This document shows, piece by piece, positions 43,047 through 53,229 of a DNA stretch of 64,000 bases (positions are counted from its first letter, which is position 1; each line of letters starts with the position of its first letter). Where the stretch lies: NCBI GenBank assembly GCA_902766255.1, contig CACXCS010000008.1, forward strand, positions 2,132 to 66,131, written 5' to 3'. The position numbers and the translations under genes are program-made. Source of the stretch: an uncultured Bacteroidia bacterium. GTDB taxonomy: Bacteria > Bacteroidota > Bacteroidia > Bacteroidales > UBA932. The notes under the pieces are model-generated. The model searched no databases and was not told the origin of the DNA. It saw nothing but the letters and a program-made list of their open reading frames with translations.

Positions 43047-43853
43047 TTATTTTTTCTCTTCCTCAACGGGTGCGGGAACGAACTTGCCCACCTTCTCGAG
43101 TTTTACGTCGAAGATGAGGGTGGAGTTGGGATCGATGCCGGGACGGCCCTGCTCGCCGTAAGCCAGGTTGGCGGGAACATAGAGTTCGATCTCGCCGCCC
43201 TCGCCGATGAGCTGAAGACCCTCGGTCCAGCCAGCTACGACGCTGTTAAGAGTAAAGCGAACTGCATCGGCATCCTCGGCGGTCTCGTCGAATACGGTGC
43301 CGTCGATATGGGTACCCTTGTACTTGACCCACACAGTATCGGTGGGAGCGGGCTTGACGTCATTGCCGGCCTCGATGATCTTGTACTGAAGGCCGCTCTC
43401 GGTCTCCTGTACGCCCTCTTTCTTGAGGTTGGCGGCAAGGAACTTCTCGCCCTTCTCCTTGTTGTCAAGAAGGATATAGTTGTGACGCTTCTCGAGGTAG
43501 GCGTTGAAGACATCGTTGATAAGCTCAGGGCTGATCTTGAACTGGGAGTTGAAGTCAGGATCGCGGAAATTGCCCTTGGCCTTGACATAGTCCTTCATAC
43601 CGGCTACAACCTTGGCGTAGTTGACGTCGCCGAAGTTGTATCCCTTAAGGAAGCTTCCGAAGTTGACACCAAGCAGGTAGCTGACGGAGTCGATTTCGGC
43701 CTTGCTGGCAGTATAATCCTTGAGTGTCTTGGCTGTCTGTTCTACATCTGCTTTAGCCTCATCGCCATCAATGGCGGGCTCTGCGGGCTTGGGTGTGCAA
43801 GCCACGATGGATGCACTCAGTGCGAGTGCGAAGAAGAATTTTACGGTTTTCAT
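43047..43853 (-). CDS. FKBP-type peptidyl-prolyl isomerase (FkpA-like lipoprotein)
   Basis: DSVSYLLG, TESGLQY, VVAGWTEGL, LAYG and NSTLIFDV motifs. Confidence 0.95.
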   Translation of the reverse strand: MKTVKFFFALALSASIVACTPKPAEPAIDGDEAKADVEQTAKTLKDYTASKAEIDSVSYLLGVNFGSFLKGYNFGDVNYAKVVAGMKDYVKAKGNFRDPDFNSQFKISPELINDVFNAYLEKRHNYILLDNKEKGEKFLAANLKKEGVQETESGLQYKIIEAGNDVKPAPTDTVWVKYKGTHIDGTVFDETAEDADAVRFTLNSVVAGWTEGLQLIGEGGEIELYVPANLAYGEQGRPGIDPNSTLIFDVKLEKVGKFVPAPVEEEKK

Positions 43854-43877
43854 TCTAAATAGTTAAATATTAATAAA

Positions 43878-44840
43878 TTATAAATCCCATGCGAGTGCGG
43901 ATGCGCCAAGTATGGCAGCGTCCGATTCCGACAGGCTGGAGAACAGGAGCTTGACCTTGTCCTTCCAGAGAGGGAGTACGTTTTCGTTCATAGCGTGGAG
44001 TATGGGCTCATAGAGGAATTCTTTGGCCCTGGCAAGACCGCCGAACAGCACTATGGCCTCAGGGGCAGAGAAGGCTATGAAGTCGGCGAAACTGCGGCCC
44101 AGAAGAGTTCCCGTAAAATCAAATATCTCTTTTGCAGCCTTGTCCCCTGCTTTTGCAGCCTCATATACATCTTTGGAAGTAATATTCTCCCTGAGGCGAA
44201 GCAGAGAGGACTCGTCGGGATGCTGCTCAAGCCAGTCCACAGCAGAACGCGCAACACCGATAGCCGAGCAGTAAGCCTCAAGGCATCCCTGCCTGCCGCA
44301 ACCGCACAGGCGGCCGCCGCGTACCGCGCAGGTATGTCCCAGCTCGCCTGCAAAACCATCGTGCCCGTACAGCACTTTGCCGTCGATGACGATGCCGCTG
44401 CCGACACCGGTACCAAGGGTAATCATGATGAAATCCTTGAGGCCCTTGGCCGCGCCGTAAGTCATTTCGCCCACGGCGGCAGCATTGGCGTCGTTGGTAA
44501 GGGCAACAGGCAAACCGTCCATCTGCTCGGAGAGCATTTTGGCGAAGGGGACGTTCTTTTCGTGTGCCCAGGAAAGATTGGGGGCGTCTTTAATCTCGCC
44601 GGTGTAATAATTGCCGTTGGGAGCGCCGACGCCAATTCCACGTACCTGACCCTCGATAGCAGCGTCGGAGACGAGCTTTTTGAGGGTTGATGCAAGAGCA
44701 GACACAAAACTCTCGGCGTCCTGGTGCTTGTTGGACACCATTATAGTCTGGGCAAGAACCTCGCCGCGGGCGTTAACAACTCCGCTCTTGGCGGTCTGTC
44801 CGCCGATGTCGATTCCTAAAACAAAAGGCATATCTTCCAT
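43878..44840 (-). CDS. ROK-family sugar kinase (glucokinase-like)
   Basis: GIDIGG, NDANAAA, TLGTGVG and GELGH...CGCG..GCLE motifs. Confidence 0.95.
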   Translation of the reverse strand: MEDMPFVLGIDIGGQTAKSGVVNARGEVLAQTIMVSNKHQDAESFVSALASTLKKLVSDAAIEGQVRGIGVGAPNGNYYTGEIKDAPNLSWAHEKNVPFAKMLSEQMDGLPVALTNDANAAAVGEMTYGAAKGLKDFIMITLGTGVGSGIVIDGKVLYGHDGFAGELGHTCAVRGGRLCGCGRQGCLEAYCSAIGVARSAVDWLEQHPDESSLLRLRENITSKDVYEAAKAGDKAAKEIFDFTGTLLGRSFADFIAFSAPEAIVLFGGLARAKEFLYEPILHAMNENVLPLWKDKVKLLFSSLSESDAAILGASALAWDL

Positions 44841-44842
44841 GG

Positions 44843-46114
44843 CTACTCAACCGGTATGTCTTTGTTAACGTTCTTGCTGCCCCAGACTGCATAAAATACA
44901 AGGAACAGGAGGCAGGCGATAAGCAGCCAGTAGCTTTGGATGGAACCGATCTTGTCGGCCAGGGCATTCTGGAGGAAGGGAATGATTCCACCGCCGCAAA
45001 CCAGCGTCATGAAGATGCCGGAAGCAGGGGCGGTATATTTGCCAAGGCCCTCAGCGGCAAGGTTGAAGATGGATCCCCACATAACTGAGGTGCAGAGGCC
45101 GCAGAGTATGATGAAGATAAGCGATACGGGCACCTGGGACTCGCCGAACTTGATTGCGGCAGACTCGGGCACGAAAATAGCGCCGATAAGCAGCACGATT
45201 GCGGCTACAGATGTCCAGAGCAGCATATTGCGGCTGCTGACCTTTCCGGCCACGGGAGCACCGATAAGACGGCCGATGAGCATGCAGAACCAATATCCGC
45301 CTATCATTGTACCGGTAAGAGCGGGACCTACCCAGTCAAGACCAGAGAAATATACATTTGCGGTATTGGGAATACCGACCTCTATACCCACGTAGAAGAA
45401 AATTGCAATGGCTCCAAGCACAAAATGACGGAAAGACAGCGGGCTGTACGGATCTTTTACGGACTTGCCGGCAAGACGTGCGGCCTTCTGCTCTGCTGTT
45501 TCCATATGAGGCTCGGGAATGTTGGTAAGCAGGATCACCACGAAAGCGATGGCGAAGATAGCCATTGCGGTAATCATGACCGGTGCAGCCTTGGCCACGC
45601 TGGCGTCGGCTATGCTGCCACCGACCAGCCAGCCCACGAATACGGGAGCTATGGTGCCGCCGATGGAATTGCATGAGCCGCCCCACTGGATGAGCTGGTT
45701 GCCCCTGTTGCCGCCGCCGCCAAGGGTGTTGAGCATGGGGTTCACAACGATGTTGAGCATGCACATTGAGAATCCGGCCACGAAAGCACCTGCCACATAC
45801 ACGGCGAAGCTCTCGACATATCCGGAGAGGAACTGGATACCCACACCTACCAGGCCGACGATAACCGCGGCAAGGGAGGTAAACTTGTAACCCTTGCGTT
45901 TGAGGATGATGCCGGCAGGTATACCCATGCAGGCATAAGCGATGAAATTAGCAAGGGAGCCAAGCTGGGAAAGGGCCTTGGAAGCACCGAACTGATTGGT
46001 CACGATGACTCCCATCGATCCTGCCAGGTTGGTGACGAACGCAATCATAAAGAAGAGCGCGAACATCACGATGATGGCCGGAGTGTAGCTCTTGGGGTTG
46101 GAGGTTCTAGTCAT
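44843..46114 (-). CDS. MFS sugar transporter (FucP/GluP family)
   Basis: About 12 TM segments; AIFFYVGIEV and SVMWGSIF motifs. Confidence 0.9.
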   Translation of the reverse strand: MTRTSNPKSYTPAIIVMFALFFMIAFVTNLAGSMGVIVTNQFGASKALSQLGSLANFIAYACMGIPAGIILKRKGYKFTSLAAVIVGLVGVGIQFLSGYVESFAVYVAGAFVAGFSMCMLNIVVNPMLNTLGGGGNRGNQLIQWGGSCNSIGGTIAPVFVGWLVGGSIADASVAKAAPVMITAMAIFAIAFVVILLTNIPEPHMETAEQKAARLAGKSVKDPYSPLSFRHFVLGAIAIFFYVGIEVGIPNTANVYFSGLDWVGPALTGTMIGGYWFCMLIGRLIGAPVAGKVSSRNMLLWTSVAAIVLLIGAIFVPESAAIKFGESQVPVSLIFIILCGLCTSVMWGSIFNLAAEGLGKYTAPASGIFMTLVCGGGIIPFLQNALADKIGSIQSYWLLIACLLFLVFYAVWGSKNVNKDIPVE

Positions 46115-46123
46115 AAATTGTTG

Positions 46124-48040
46124 TTATTTAAGTGATTCGATATTCTTGGGGTTGTACAGGTCCTTGCCCTCGGGAGTGAAGGAGTACTCGATGCGGTCGG
46201 CGTAGAACTTCTCTACTTTGCCACGAACCATCTTTGAAGTGGTGTTGAGCATTCCGTTCTGCTCGGTGAAAGGAGTCTCGCCCACTATGATGGCGGCGGG
46301 GAGCCACTTCTCGGGGAAGAGACCTGCATGACGTCCGCCGGGACGGTAGGAATCCACCTCGCCTTTGATTATGTCGAGCTGGGCGCGCAGGCCGGCGTCG
46401 GACGCAGGGTCGATACCCTTGTCCTTGACTGCCTCGGCCAGGGCCGCCTTGTTGGGGATAACGAGCACTACGGTGTAGGGGCTCTGGTTATTGTGAAGCA
46501 CGGAAGCATCGATAAAGCGGGAACCGTCGGCCAGGCTGTCCTCGTAGCCCTCGGGCGAATACTTTTCGCCGTCGGAGGAGATAAGCAGGCTCTTGAAACG
46601 GCCGGTGACGTACAGGTAGCGGGGATCTTCGGCGCAGATGTAGCCGCGGTCGCCGGTATGGAGCCAGCCGTCGACGATAGTCTCGGCGGTGGCTTCGGGG
46701 TTTTTCCAGTAGCCCGCCATGACGTTTCCGCCGCGGATTACTATCTCGCCGGTGACGCCGTGGGGAACTTCCTTGCCTTCCTCGTCGCAGATCTTGATGT
46801 CCATTGGCTGGACGGTGCGGCCGGAGGAGCCGAAACGGGCGTGGCCTTCGGAGTTGGCGCAGATCACGGGAGTAGCCTCGGTAAGGCCATAGCCCTGGAA
46901 GATAGGCATGCCCACTGCGCAGAAGTAGCGCTGCAGTTCGATGTCAAGCAGGGCGCCTCCGCCGATGAAGAACTTCAGGCGGCCGCCGAAGCTCTCGCGT
47001 ACGCTCTTGAATATCAGCCTGTCCATGAGGTCCTTGATGGGCTTGCGCCACCAGAGTTTCCAGAAGGGCTTGCCCATGTTGTAATACTCGCGGTTGTACT
47101 TGATGGCGTTGTCCAGGGCGAACTCGTAAAGTTTCTGCACCTTGGGACCTTTCTTTTTGATGCCGGCCTCGATGTTCTTGCGGAAGTTGCGGGAGATGGC
47201 CGGAACCGAAAGCATGACGTGGGGACGCACCTCGCGTATGGCCATTGGGATATTGCGCAGCATGGTGATGGCGTTCTTTCCGCCGGGCACGGTGGCGATG
47301 CTTCCTCCGTTGTTCATCATGAAGTAGAAGCCTGCAACGTGGGCAAAGCAATGGTCAAGAGGAGTGATGATGAGCATCACATCGCCCTCGTCGATACGGA
47401 CCACCGAGTTGCACTGCACTATGTTGGAAGTATAGTTGTTGTGTGTCAGCAGGATACCCTTGGGGTCGGCGGTAGTGCCGGACGTGTAGGAGATATTGGC
47501 GTAATCGCCTGGCTGGATGGAGGCGATGCGGGCGTCCAGCAGGTCTTTGTGCTCTTTGAGGAACTCCTGACCCATCTTGCGAAGGTCTTCGACATAGATT
47601 TCTCTCTCCTGCAGGGGCAGGTCGTCAAGAACTATGACTTTCTCGAGCGCAGGGCACTTTGGCAGCACGCGGCGCACCTTGTCAATCTGGCTTTCGGATG
47701 CGATTATGAAACGGGAATCGGAATGGTTGATACGGAAGCAAAGGTCGAAGTCGGATTCGAGCTTGAAGGACATAGGGACGTCGGTACCACCAGCGTAAAG
47801 GACGCCGAGTTCGCTGAACATCCACTTGTTGCGGCCTTCGGATATAAGAGCCACCTTCTCGCCTTTCTTCAGACCCAGGGCCATGAATCCGGCGGCATAG
47901 AGGATACCCTCCTCGCGTGTTTGCTTAAAAGATGTTTCAGTCCAGGTGTCGCCGATTTTCTCACGGAGGAAAGTTGCGTCACCGTACTTTCCGGTATAAT
48001 AATCGACAAAATCAATAATAGTTTTAATTTCTTTTTCCAT
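46124..48040 (-). CDS. Long-chain acyl-CoA synthetase (AMP-binding)
   Basis: YTSGTTADPKG, QGYGLTE, GYWKNPEAT and WLHTGD motifs. Confidence 0.93.
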   Translation of the reverse strand: MEKEIKTIIDFVDYYTGKYGDATFLREKIGDTWTETSFKQTREEGILYAAGFMALGLKKGEKVALISEGRNKWMFSELGVLYAGGTDVPMSFKLESDFDLCFRINHSDSRFIIASESQIDKVRRVLPKCPALEKVIVLDDLPLQEREIYVEDLRKMGQEFLKEHKDLLDARIASIQPGDYANISYTSGTTADPKGILLTHNNYTSNIVQCNSVVRIDEGDVMLIITPLDHCFAHVAGFYFMMNNGGSIATVPGGKNAITMLRNIPMAIREVRPHVMLSVPAISRNFRKNIEAGIKKKGPKVQKLYEFALDNAIKYNREYYNMGKPFWKLWWRKPIKDLMDRLIFKSVRESFGGRLKFFIGGGALLDIELQRYFCAVGMPIFQGYGLTEATPVICANSEGHARFGSSGRTVQPMDIKICDEEGKEVPHGVTGEIVIRGGNVMAGYWKNPEATAETIVDGWLHTGDRGYICAEDPRYLYVTGRFKSLLISSDGEKYSPEGYEDSLADGSRFIDASVLHNNQSPYTVVLVIPNKAALAEAVKDKGIDPASDAGLRAQLDIIKGEVDSYRPGGRHAGLFPEKWLPAAIIVGETPFTEQNGMLNTTSKMVRGKVEKFYADRIEYSFTPEGKDLYNPKNIESLK

Positions 48041-48051
48041 TTAATCTTCAA

Positions 48052-48678
48052 TTATTTGCCCTCTTCGGGGAAAAGCCCGTAGAGCTTTGCATCTATCATA
48101 TTGGTTATCAGTTCAAAATCCTCGGGGCGGTTGCCGAACTTGATATTGTCGGCGTCAACTATCAGAAGGTTGCCCTTGTAGCTTCCGATCCAATCCTCAT
48201 ATTTGTCGTTAAGGCCGGTGAGGTAGTCGATACGGATGCTCTTCTCGTACTCGCGGCCGCGCTTCTGGATCTGCGCTATGAGGTTGGGAATGGAGGAACG
48301 CAGGTAGATAAGCAGGTCCGGGAGGCCCACCAGGGACATCATCAGGTCGAAAAGGTCGGTGTAGTTCTCGAAGTCCCGGGTGCTCATGAGGCCCATGTCG
48401 TGCAGGTTGCGTGCAAAGATGCGGGCGTCCTCGTAGATGGTGCGGTCCTGGATGATTACTTTGTCGGATTTGGAGATTTCGAGGATATCCTTAAAGCGCT
48501 TGTTCAGGAAATAAATCTGGAGGTTGAATGACCAACGCTCCATATCCTCGTAATAATCAGCGAGATAAGGATTGAAATCAACAGGTTCGAACCTGGGAGT
48601 CCAGCCATAGTGGGCTGCGAGCATCTTGGTGAGCGTAGTTTTACCGCTTCCTATGTTGCCTGCTATTGCTACGTGCAT
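48052..48678 (-). CDS. Deoxynucleoside kinase
   Basis: AGNIGSGKTT, QDRTIYED and QKRGREYE motifs. Confidence 0.95.
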   Translation of the reverse strand: MHVAIAGNIGSGKTTLTKMLAAHYGWTPRFEPVDFNPYLADYYEDMERWSFNLQIYFLNKRFKDILEISKSDKVIIQDRTIYEDARIFARNLHDMGLMSTRDFENYTDLFDLMMSLVGLPDLLIYLRSSIPNLIAQIQKRGREYEKSIRIDYLTGLNDKYEDWIGSYKGNLLIVDADNIKFGNRPEDFELITNMIDAKLYGLFPEEGK

Positions 48679-48713
48679 AATTTTCTATATTACAATCTAC
48701 AAAGGTAACAATA

Positions 48714-49328
48714 TTATTTGAATAGGCCGTAGAGTTCGGCGTCGATTTTATCGGTTATGGACGAGAAATCCTCGGGATTGTGCTCAAAATCCAGAGAGTC
48801 GGCGTCAATTACCAGCAAACGGCCCTTGTACCCGGCTATCCATTCCTCATAATGACGGTTGAGACCCGAAAGATATTCCAGGCTGATGGTCTGCTCGTAG
48901 TCGCGGCCGCGCTTCTGGATCTGTGCAACAAGGTGGGGCACGGAGGACTTGAGGTAAATCAGCAGGTCCGGCGGATTGACCATGGACATCATGAGGGTAT
49001 AGAGTTGCATGTACGTGTCATAATCGCGTTCCGAGAGGTTGCCCTGCTCCCGGTTGTTGGCCACGAAAATGTGCACGCCCTCCTGCAGGGTGCGGTCCTG
49101 GATGATTACATCTTTGGACGAGGCTATCTCGAGCACATCCCTGAAACGCTGGGCCAGAAAGTAGGTTTCCAGGTTGTATGACCAGCGCGGAATGTCCTTG
49201 TAGTAGTCCTCAAGATAGGGGTTGTAGGTAACGGCTTCATATTTTGGAGTCCAGCCGTAGTGCTCTGCAAGCAGGCGCGTAAGCGTCGTTTTGCCGCAGC
49301 CGATGTTGCCAGCTATACCGATATGCAT
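48714..49328 (-). CDS. Deoxynucleoside kinase (paralog)
   Basis: AGNIGCGKTT, QDRTLQEG and QKRGRDYE motifs. Confidence 0.95.
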   Translation of the reverse strand: MHIGIAGNIGCGKTTLTRLLAEHYGWTPKYEAVTYNPYLEDYYKDIPRWSYNLETYFLAQRFRDVLEIASSKDVIIQDRTLQEGVHIFVANNREQGNLSERDYDTYMQLYTLMMSMVNPPDLLIYLKSSVPHLVAQIQKRGRDYEQTISLEYLSGLNRHYEEWIAGYKGRLLVIDADSLDFEHNPEDFSSITDKIDAELYGLFK

Positions 49329-49349
49329 TGAACTTTGGTTTAATGTTTA

Positions 49350-49377
49350 CAAAAATAAGCAGAATTTCGTATTTTTG
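49350..49377. promoter_or_regulatory. Divergent -7 promoter elements
   Basis: CAAAAATA (reverse complement TATTTTTG) at 49350-49357 and TATTTTTG at 49370-49377. Confidence 0.55.
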
Positions 49378-49415
49378 CCAGAGTTAACCAAAAGGTTTTT
49401 TTGATATGTTTGTTC

Positions 49416-49487
49416 AAGCATAGGGATACCCCTTCCGGGGCCCATCAAACATGGGAAAAGGGCCCCGGAAGGGGTATCCCTATGCTT
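49416..49487. repeat. Perfect 28-bp inverted repeat with 16-nt loop (simple long-hairpin element)
   Basis: AAGCATAGGGATACCCCTTCCGGGGCCC-ATCAAACATGGGAAAA-GGGCCCCGGAAGGGGTATCCCTATGCTT. Confidence 0.95.
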
Positions 49488-49510
49488 TAGAAGTATCGCC
49501 AGAATCGTTT

Positions 49511-50194
49511 ATGCACATATACAGACTTGTATTCAACAGGCTCGAAGAGAACACATACATAGCTTCAGGCGCTCCCGGGCGCTGCGTGATAGTGGATCCG
49601 GGATGCGAAGAAGGAGCGGAGCAGGAGAGATTGCTGGGACGCCTCAACGAGCTTGGGCTGCGCCCCGAGGCCATCCTTCTAACCCACGGCCACATGGACC
49701 ACACCTACGGAGTGGCGGCCCTTCAAAGGGAATTTGAAATCCCCGTATACATGTCCCCGGCAGAACAGCCCGTCATAGATTATTTCCAGCGTGTAGCCAG
49801 ATTCGGCATCCCCGTAGCCGACGCCTCCTTTACTACCACCGACATAAACGACGGCTCAGTCATAAGCGCAGGCGGCCTTACATTCAAGGTGATAAGCACT
49901 CCCGGGCACTCCCCCGGCTGCGTATGTTTCCATGAAGAGCACGGGGGCGTACTGTTTTCCGGCGACACCCTGTTTGCAGGAGCAATAGGCCGCTCCGACC
50001 TGTTCGGAGGGGACTACGACCAGGAAATCAAAGCCATCATGGATAAACTCATGTGGCTGCCGGGGCCTACCGTAATCTATCCGGGCCACGGTCCCTCCAG
50101 CACAATCAGCGACGAGCGCACCGGCAATCCTTTCCTGGAGCCGTTCAACGAGCGCGAAGAAATCCCCGAATTAAATCAAGCACAATATGACTAA
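49511..50194 (+). CDS. MBL-fold metallo-hydrolase (glyoxalase II-like)
   Basis: THGHMDH, TPGHSPG, FSGDTLF and PGHG motifs; start reassigned to MHIYRL. Confidence 0.93.
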   Translation: MHIYRLVFNRLEENTYIASGAPGRCVIVDPGCEEGAEQERLLGRLNELGLRPEAILLTHGHMDHTYGVAALQREFEIPVYMSPAEQPVIDYFQRVARFGIPVADASFTTTDINDGSVISAGGLTFKVISTPGHSPGCVCFHEEHGGVLFSGDTLFAGAIGRSDLFGGDYDQEIKAIMDKLMWLPGPTVIYPGHGPSSTISDERTGNPFLEPFNEREEIPELNQAQYD

Positions 50195-51182
50195 GATCGA
50201 AGCAGCAAGGCAGGAGTACAAAGACTGGTGCTCCGCAATAGGAATAGACACCATAGAGAAAGTCAACGAAGTGGTCCAGGCGGGTGACGCCATTCCCCTC
50301 ATCAACCTGTGCGAGGCCCGGCAGGAACGCAAGTACGCCGAGGCCGCCGACCAGATTTTCTGGCGCCGCCAGCACTCAAGCATAGTCATGATTTCCGGTC
50401 CCAGTTCCAGCGGCAAGACCAGCAGTTCGCTGCGCATTGCCCAGCAGTGCAAGGTGCTCGGTATCTCGCCGAAAGTCATAGAGTTGGACAATTACTTCAA
50501 GCCCCGCGAGCAGACCCCCATAGACGAAAACGGCGAGTACGACTTCGAGGCTCTCGGCGCCATGAACATCGAGCTCCTGAACGACAACCTCAACGACCTG
50601 CTGTCCGGCAAGGAAGTCATTATCCCCAAGTTCGATTTCAAGGAAGGCCGCACCATAATGGATCCGTCAAGGGCCCTCAAGCTCGAGAAGCATGACATCC
50701 TGTTCATGGAGGGTATCCACGCCCTGAATCCCGCACTCACCTACGCAGTGGACCAGGGCCGCATCTTCCGCATCTACATTTCGGCGCTCAGTTCCCTTCC
50801 CGGAGGCGAGAAGGTGCACAACAGCACCACAGACAAGCGCCTGCTGCGCCGCATTGTGCGCGACAACCGCGTCCGCGGCATCAGCCCCGAGGACAACATC
50901 CTCCGCTGGCCCTCGGTGCGAAGGGGCGAAACTCTCAACATCTTCCCCTTCGAGGAGAATGCGGACGTGGTGTTCAACTCCTCCACCCTCTACGACGTAC
51001 CCCTTTTGAAGTATTACGCCGAGCCTCTGCTGTACGGCATTGCCGAGTCGTCGCCTGCACATGAAAAGGCTCAAGTGCTTCTGGAATTCCTGAAGAGGGT
51101 TGTAGCTCTCAAGCCTTCGGAGATAGCGGCCATCCCGCCCACCTCCATCATGCGCGAATTCATTGGAGGACAGACACTTTAG
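50187..51182 (+). CDS. Uridine/nucleoside kinase family protein
   Basis: SGPSSSGKT, LDNYF, EGIHALN, RLLRRIVRD and REFIGG motifs. Confidence 0.9.
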   Translation: MTKIEAARQEYKDWCSAIGIDTIEKVNEVVQAGDAIPLINLCEARQERKYAEAADQIFWRRQHSSIVMISGPSSSGKTSSSLRIAQQCKVLGISPKVIELDNYFKPREQTPIDENGEYDFEALGAMNIELLNDNLNDLLSGKEVIIPKFDFKEGRTIMDPSRALKLEKHDILFMEGIHALNPALTYAVDQGRIFRIYISALSSLPGGEKVHNSTTDKRLLRRIVRDNRVRGISPEDNILRWPSVRRGETLNIFPFEENADVVFNSSTLYDVPLLKYYAEPLLYGIAESSPAHEKAQVLLEFLKRVVALKPSEIAAIPPTSIMREFIGGQTL

Positions 51183-51185
51183 GAG

Positions 51186-51836
51186 ATGACGCACGCCTGC
51201 GGGTTCATTGTCCTGGCCGTCACCAAGGTGGGCGATTCTTCGCTGGTGCTGCACACCCTCAGCGCCGAGTGGGGCCGGCGCAGTTTCATCGTGGGCGTTT
51301 CCCGGAAGATACCCGGAGGGGCGCTGCAGCCCCTGTCGCTTCTGGAGGCCGAAGTGGTTGAGAATCCAAAGTCCGAACTCTGGCGCCTGAACTCAGTATC
51401 GGTGCCGGAGCCCCTTGCCGGGATACGTTCCAGCATATACAAAAATTCCATGACCATGTTCATGAGCGAGGTGCTTTACCGAGCCATCCGGGACGGCGAA
51501 GGCGCAGGGGATTTCTACGAATGGTGCCGCAGGAGCATCCTCACTCTGGATGCCCTGCAGAGCGATTTTTCCAACTACCACCTGCGCTTCCTTCTGGAGC
51601 TTGCGGTAGAACTGGGGTTCAGCCCGACCATCGGCGACCTTGCTCCCTTCGCTGGAGAGAATTATGCCCTTCTGTCCAGATTCCTTGAGAGCAACGCCGC
51701 CGAGTCGCTTCTCATCCCCATGAGCGGCGCCCAGCGCTCGGACGTAGCATCGCTCCTCCTTGACTACATCAGTTTCCACACCGAATCCCGCCTCGAAATC
51801 CGCTCGCTGAGCGTCCTGCGGGAGTTGTACAAATAA
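51186..51836 (+). CDS. recO: DNA repair protein RecO
   Basis: IVL...GDSSLV, LQPLSLLE, LGFSP and IRSLSVLREL motifs. Confidence 0.88.
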   Translation: MTHACGFIVLAVTKVGDSSLVLHTLSAEWGRRSFIVGVSRKIPGGALQPLSLLEAEVVENPKSELWRLNSVSVPEPLAGIRSSIYKNSMTMFMSEVLYRAIRDGEGAGDFYEWCRRSILTLDALQSDFSNYHLRFLLELAVELGFSPTIGDLAPFAGENYALLSRFLESNAAESLLIPMSGAQRSDVASLLLDYISFHTESRLEIRSLSVLRELYK

Positions 51837-51892
51837 ACTCCCGGCAGGTGGTGAACACTCTTACCGCGGCAAGCCTCCCGACATACCCTGCG

Positions 51893-51969
51893 GACAGAAA
51901 AACGATCAAATCCTGTCAAATTGAGAGGACAAATCGGTCCCCCGACAGAAAAACGTGAAAATCCTGTCA
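51893..51969. repeat. Tandem doublet with 51-nt period; each unit is GACAG-N15-CTGTC
   Basis: GACAGAAAAACGATCAAATCCTGTCA at 51893 and GACAGAAAAACGTGAAAATCCTGTCA at 51944. Confidence 0.88.
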
Positions 51970-51977
51970 GACGAGGG

Positions 51978-52290
51978 ACGGGTGGAGCCTCGGTGGTCGG
52001 TGGTGAAGTAATGCATCTGAGGTCCTCCGAAGCGACGTTACCGTTGCGGTCGGCCACCCAGGAGCCGCTGGCCCTGCGTATCATGCCCCCGGCAAACGGG
52101 GTGCTGTCAAATAGCCACTCTCCCTCACGGAGCGCGAACACCATCGAACCCAGATAGGCATAACCGTCTTCATTCTGCTCGCCAAGCACTTGCGCTTTCG
52201 TGCCGTCCGCAAGGTATGTATAGTCGGCCTCGTCGGAGGTGGTGCTGACGGAGCTGGGCTGGTTGAGGATATTATAGCTGAAGGTCTGAG
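51978..52290 (-). pseudogene. RHS-repeat core fragment (frameshifted and truncated)
   Basis: SYNILNQP...YTYLADGTK...YAYLGSMVF...FAGG; then MHYFTTDHRGSTR in another frame (compare the RHS motif YxxxDHLGSxR). Confidence 0.75.
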
Positions 52291-52336
52291 ACCAGAATAT
52301 TCTTACACGATGAATCATATTTGTACCAGAAAAAAT

Positions 52337-53212
52337 TCAATCGAGTTCTTCAATCATGAAAGGATCCAAATGTATTATATACCAATTTTTCATTCCAGAG
52401 TTTTTAATGTCTTCTTTTGTTATTTGGGATTCTATTAGTTGTAAATCTTCGCACTTCTTAAACAAAACACAACTGCTATCTTCGGAGCAATATAAGTAAT
52501 AAGGATATTGTGGATTATAGAAGAAACAAGGAAAATTGCGGTTCTTTCCACACACTATCCAGTTATCGCGAAGATGAAGAGTAATTGCTCCGTGATTTAT
52601 CACATGTATATTGGCGTCATCAATTGTCTCTGACAGAAAATCTTCAGGAAGAAGATCCAAAGGTGAATAATCACCACCGCAAGTTTTACTATTTGCCGGT
52701 ATTTTTTTTATGGCTTCTTTGTCGATAAGCTCTGCTTTATGACATGAGCCATCCGAAAGACGATAATAGAAATAGGCACTAGTTTTTGGCAGAATAATCT
52801 CTACGCTTTTTGGAAGAACTAAACCGGTTTGTTTTTCGGATATCCATACAACACTCTCAGTATTCCGTAAGAGTCTAAGACAATTATGCGGATCACTTAT
52901 AAATACCAGTTTTTTACTTTGCTCTAAAGGATAAAAAATGGTTGAAGGATATTGTTTGTTCATCAATTGAAGGTCCGTGCTATTTCCTTGATTTGACTTT
53001 AAAGCTTTTAGATCCCTTGAAATTCTCAAAGTGGAACCTTCAATCTTGAAATATAACTCTGCTTCAGGTATATAACAATATACTTCTTCTTTTTCGCCGC
53101 ATGGAAGATCCGCCTCAAACTCATAAAACCAGGTTATGGCAGACCATAAAACCAGCCATAAAAAAGGTATTAATACTATTATCAGCAATATAACAAGTAT
53201 TATTCTTTTCAT
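52337..53212 (-). CDS. AT-rich hypothetical protein with N-terminal TM segment (possible immunity-type cassette gene)
   Basis: 291-aa ORF, visibly lower GC than its flanks, lying between two RHS remnants. Confidence 0.75.
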   Translation of the reverse strand: MKRIILVILLIIVLIPFLWLVLWSAITWFYEFEADLPCGEKEEVYCYIPEAELYFKIEGSTLRISRDLKALKSNQGNSTDLQLMNKQYPSTIFYPLEQSKKLVFISDPHNCLRLLRNTESVVWISEKQTGLVLPKSVEIILPKTSAYFYYRLSDGSCHKAELIDKEAIKKIPANSKTCGGDYSPLDLLPEDFLSETIDDANIHVINHGAITLHLRDNWIVCGKNRNFPCFFYNPQYPYYLYCSEDSSCVLFKKCEDLQLIESQITKEDIKNSGMKNWYIIHLDPFMIEELD

Positions 53213-53229
53213 GTTTATAATGATAATAG

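Noticed and set aside
49451-49510. N-terminal extension MGKGPRKGYPYA... of the MBL hydrolase
   Set aside because: The ATG lies in the hairpin loop; the MBL fold begins at ATG 49511.
51893-51969. Repeat-spacer-repeat pattern as a mini CRISPR array (also 59166-59247)
   Set aside because: Only two degenerate units, no leader and no cas genes; reported as 51-nt doublets instead.
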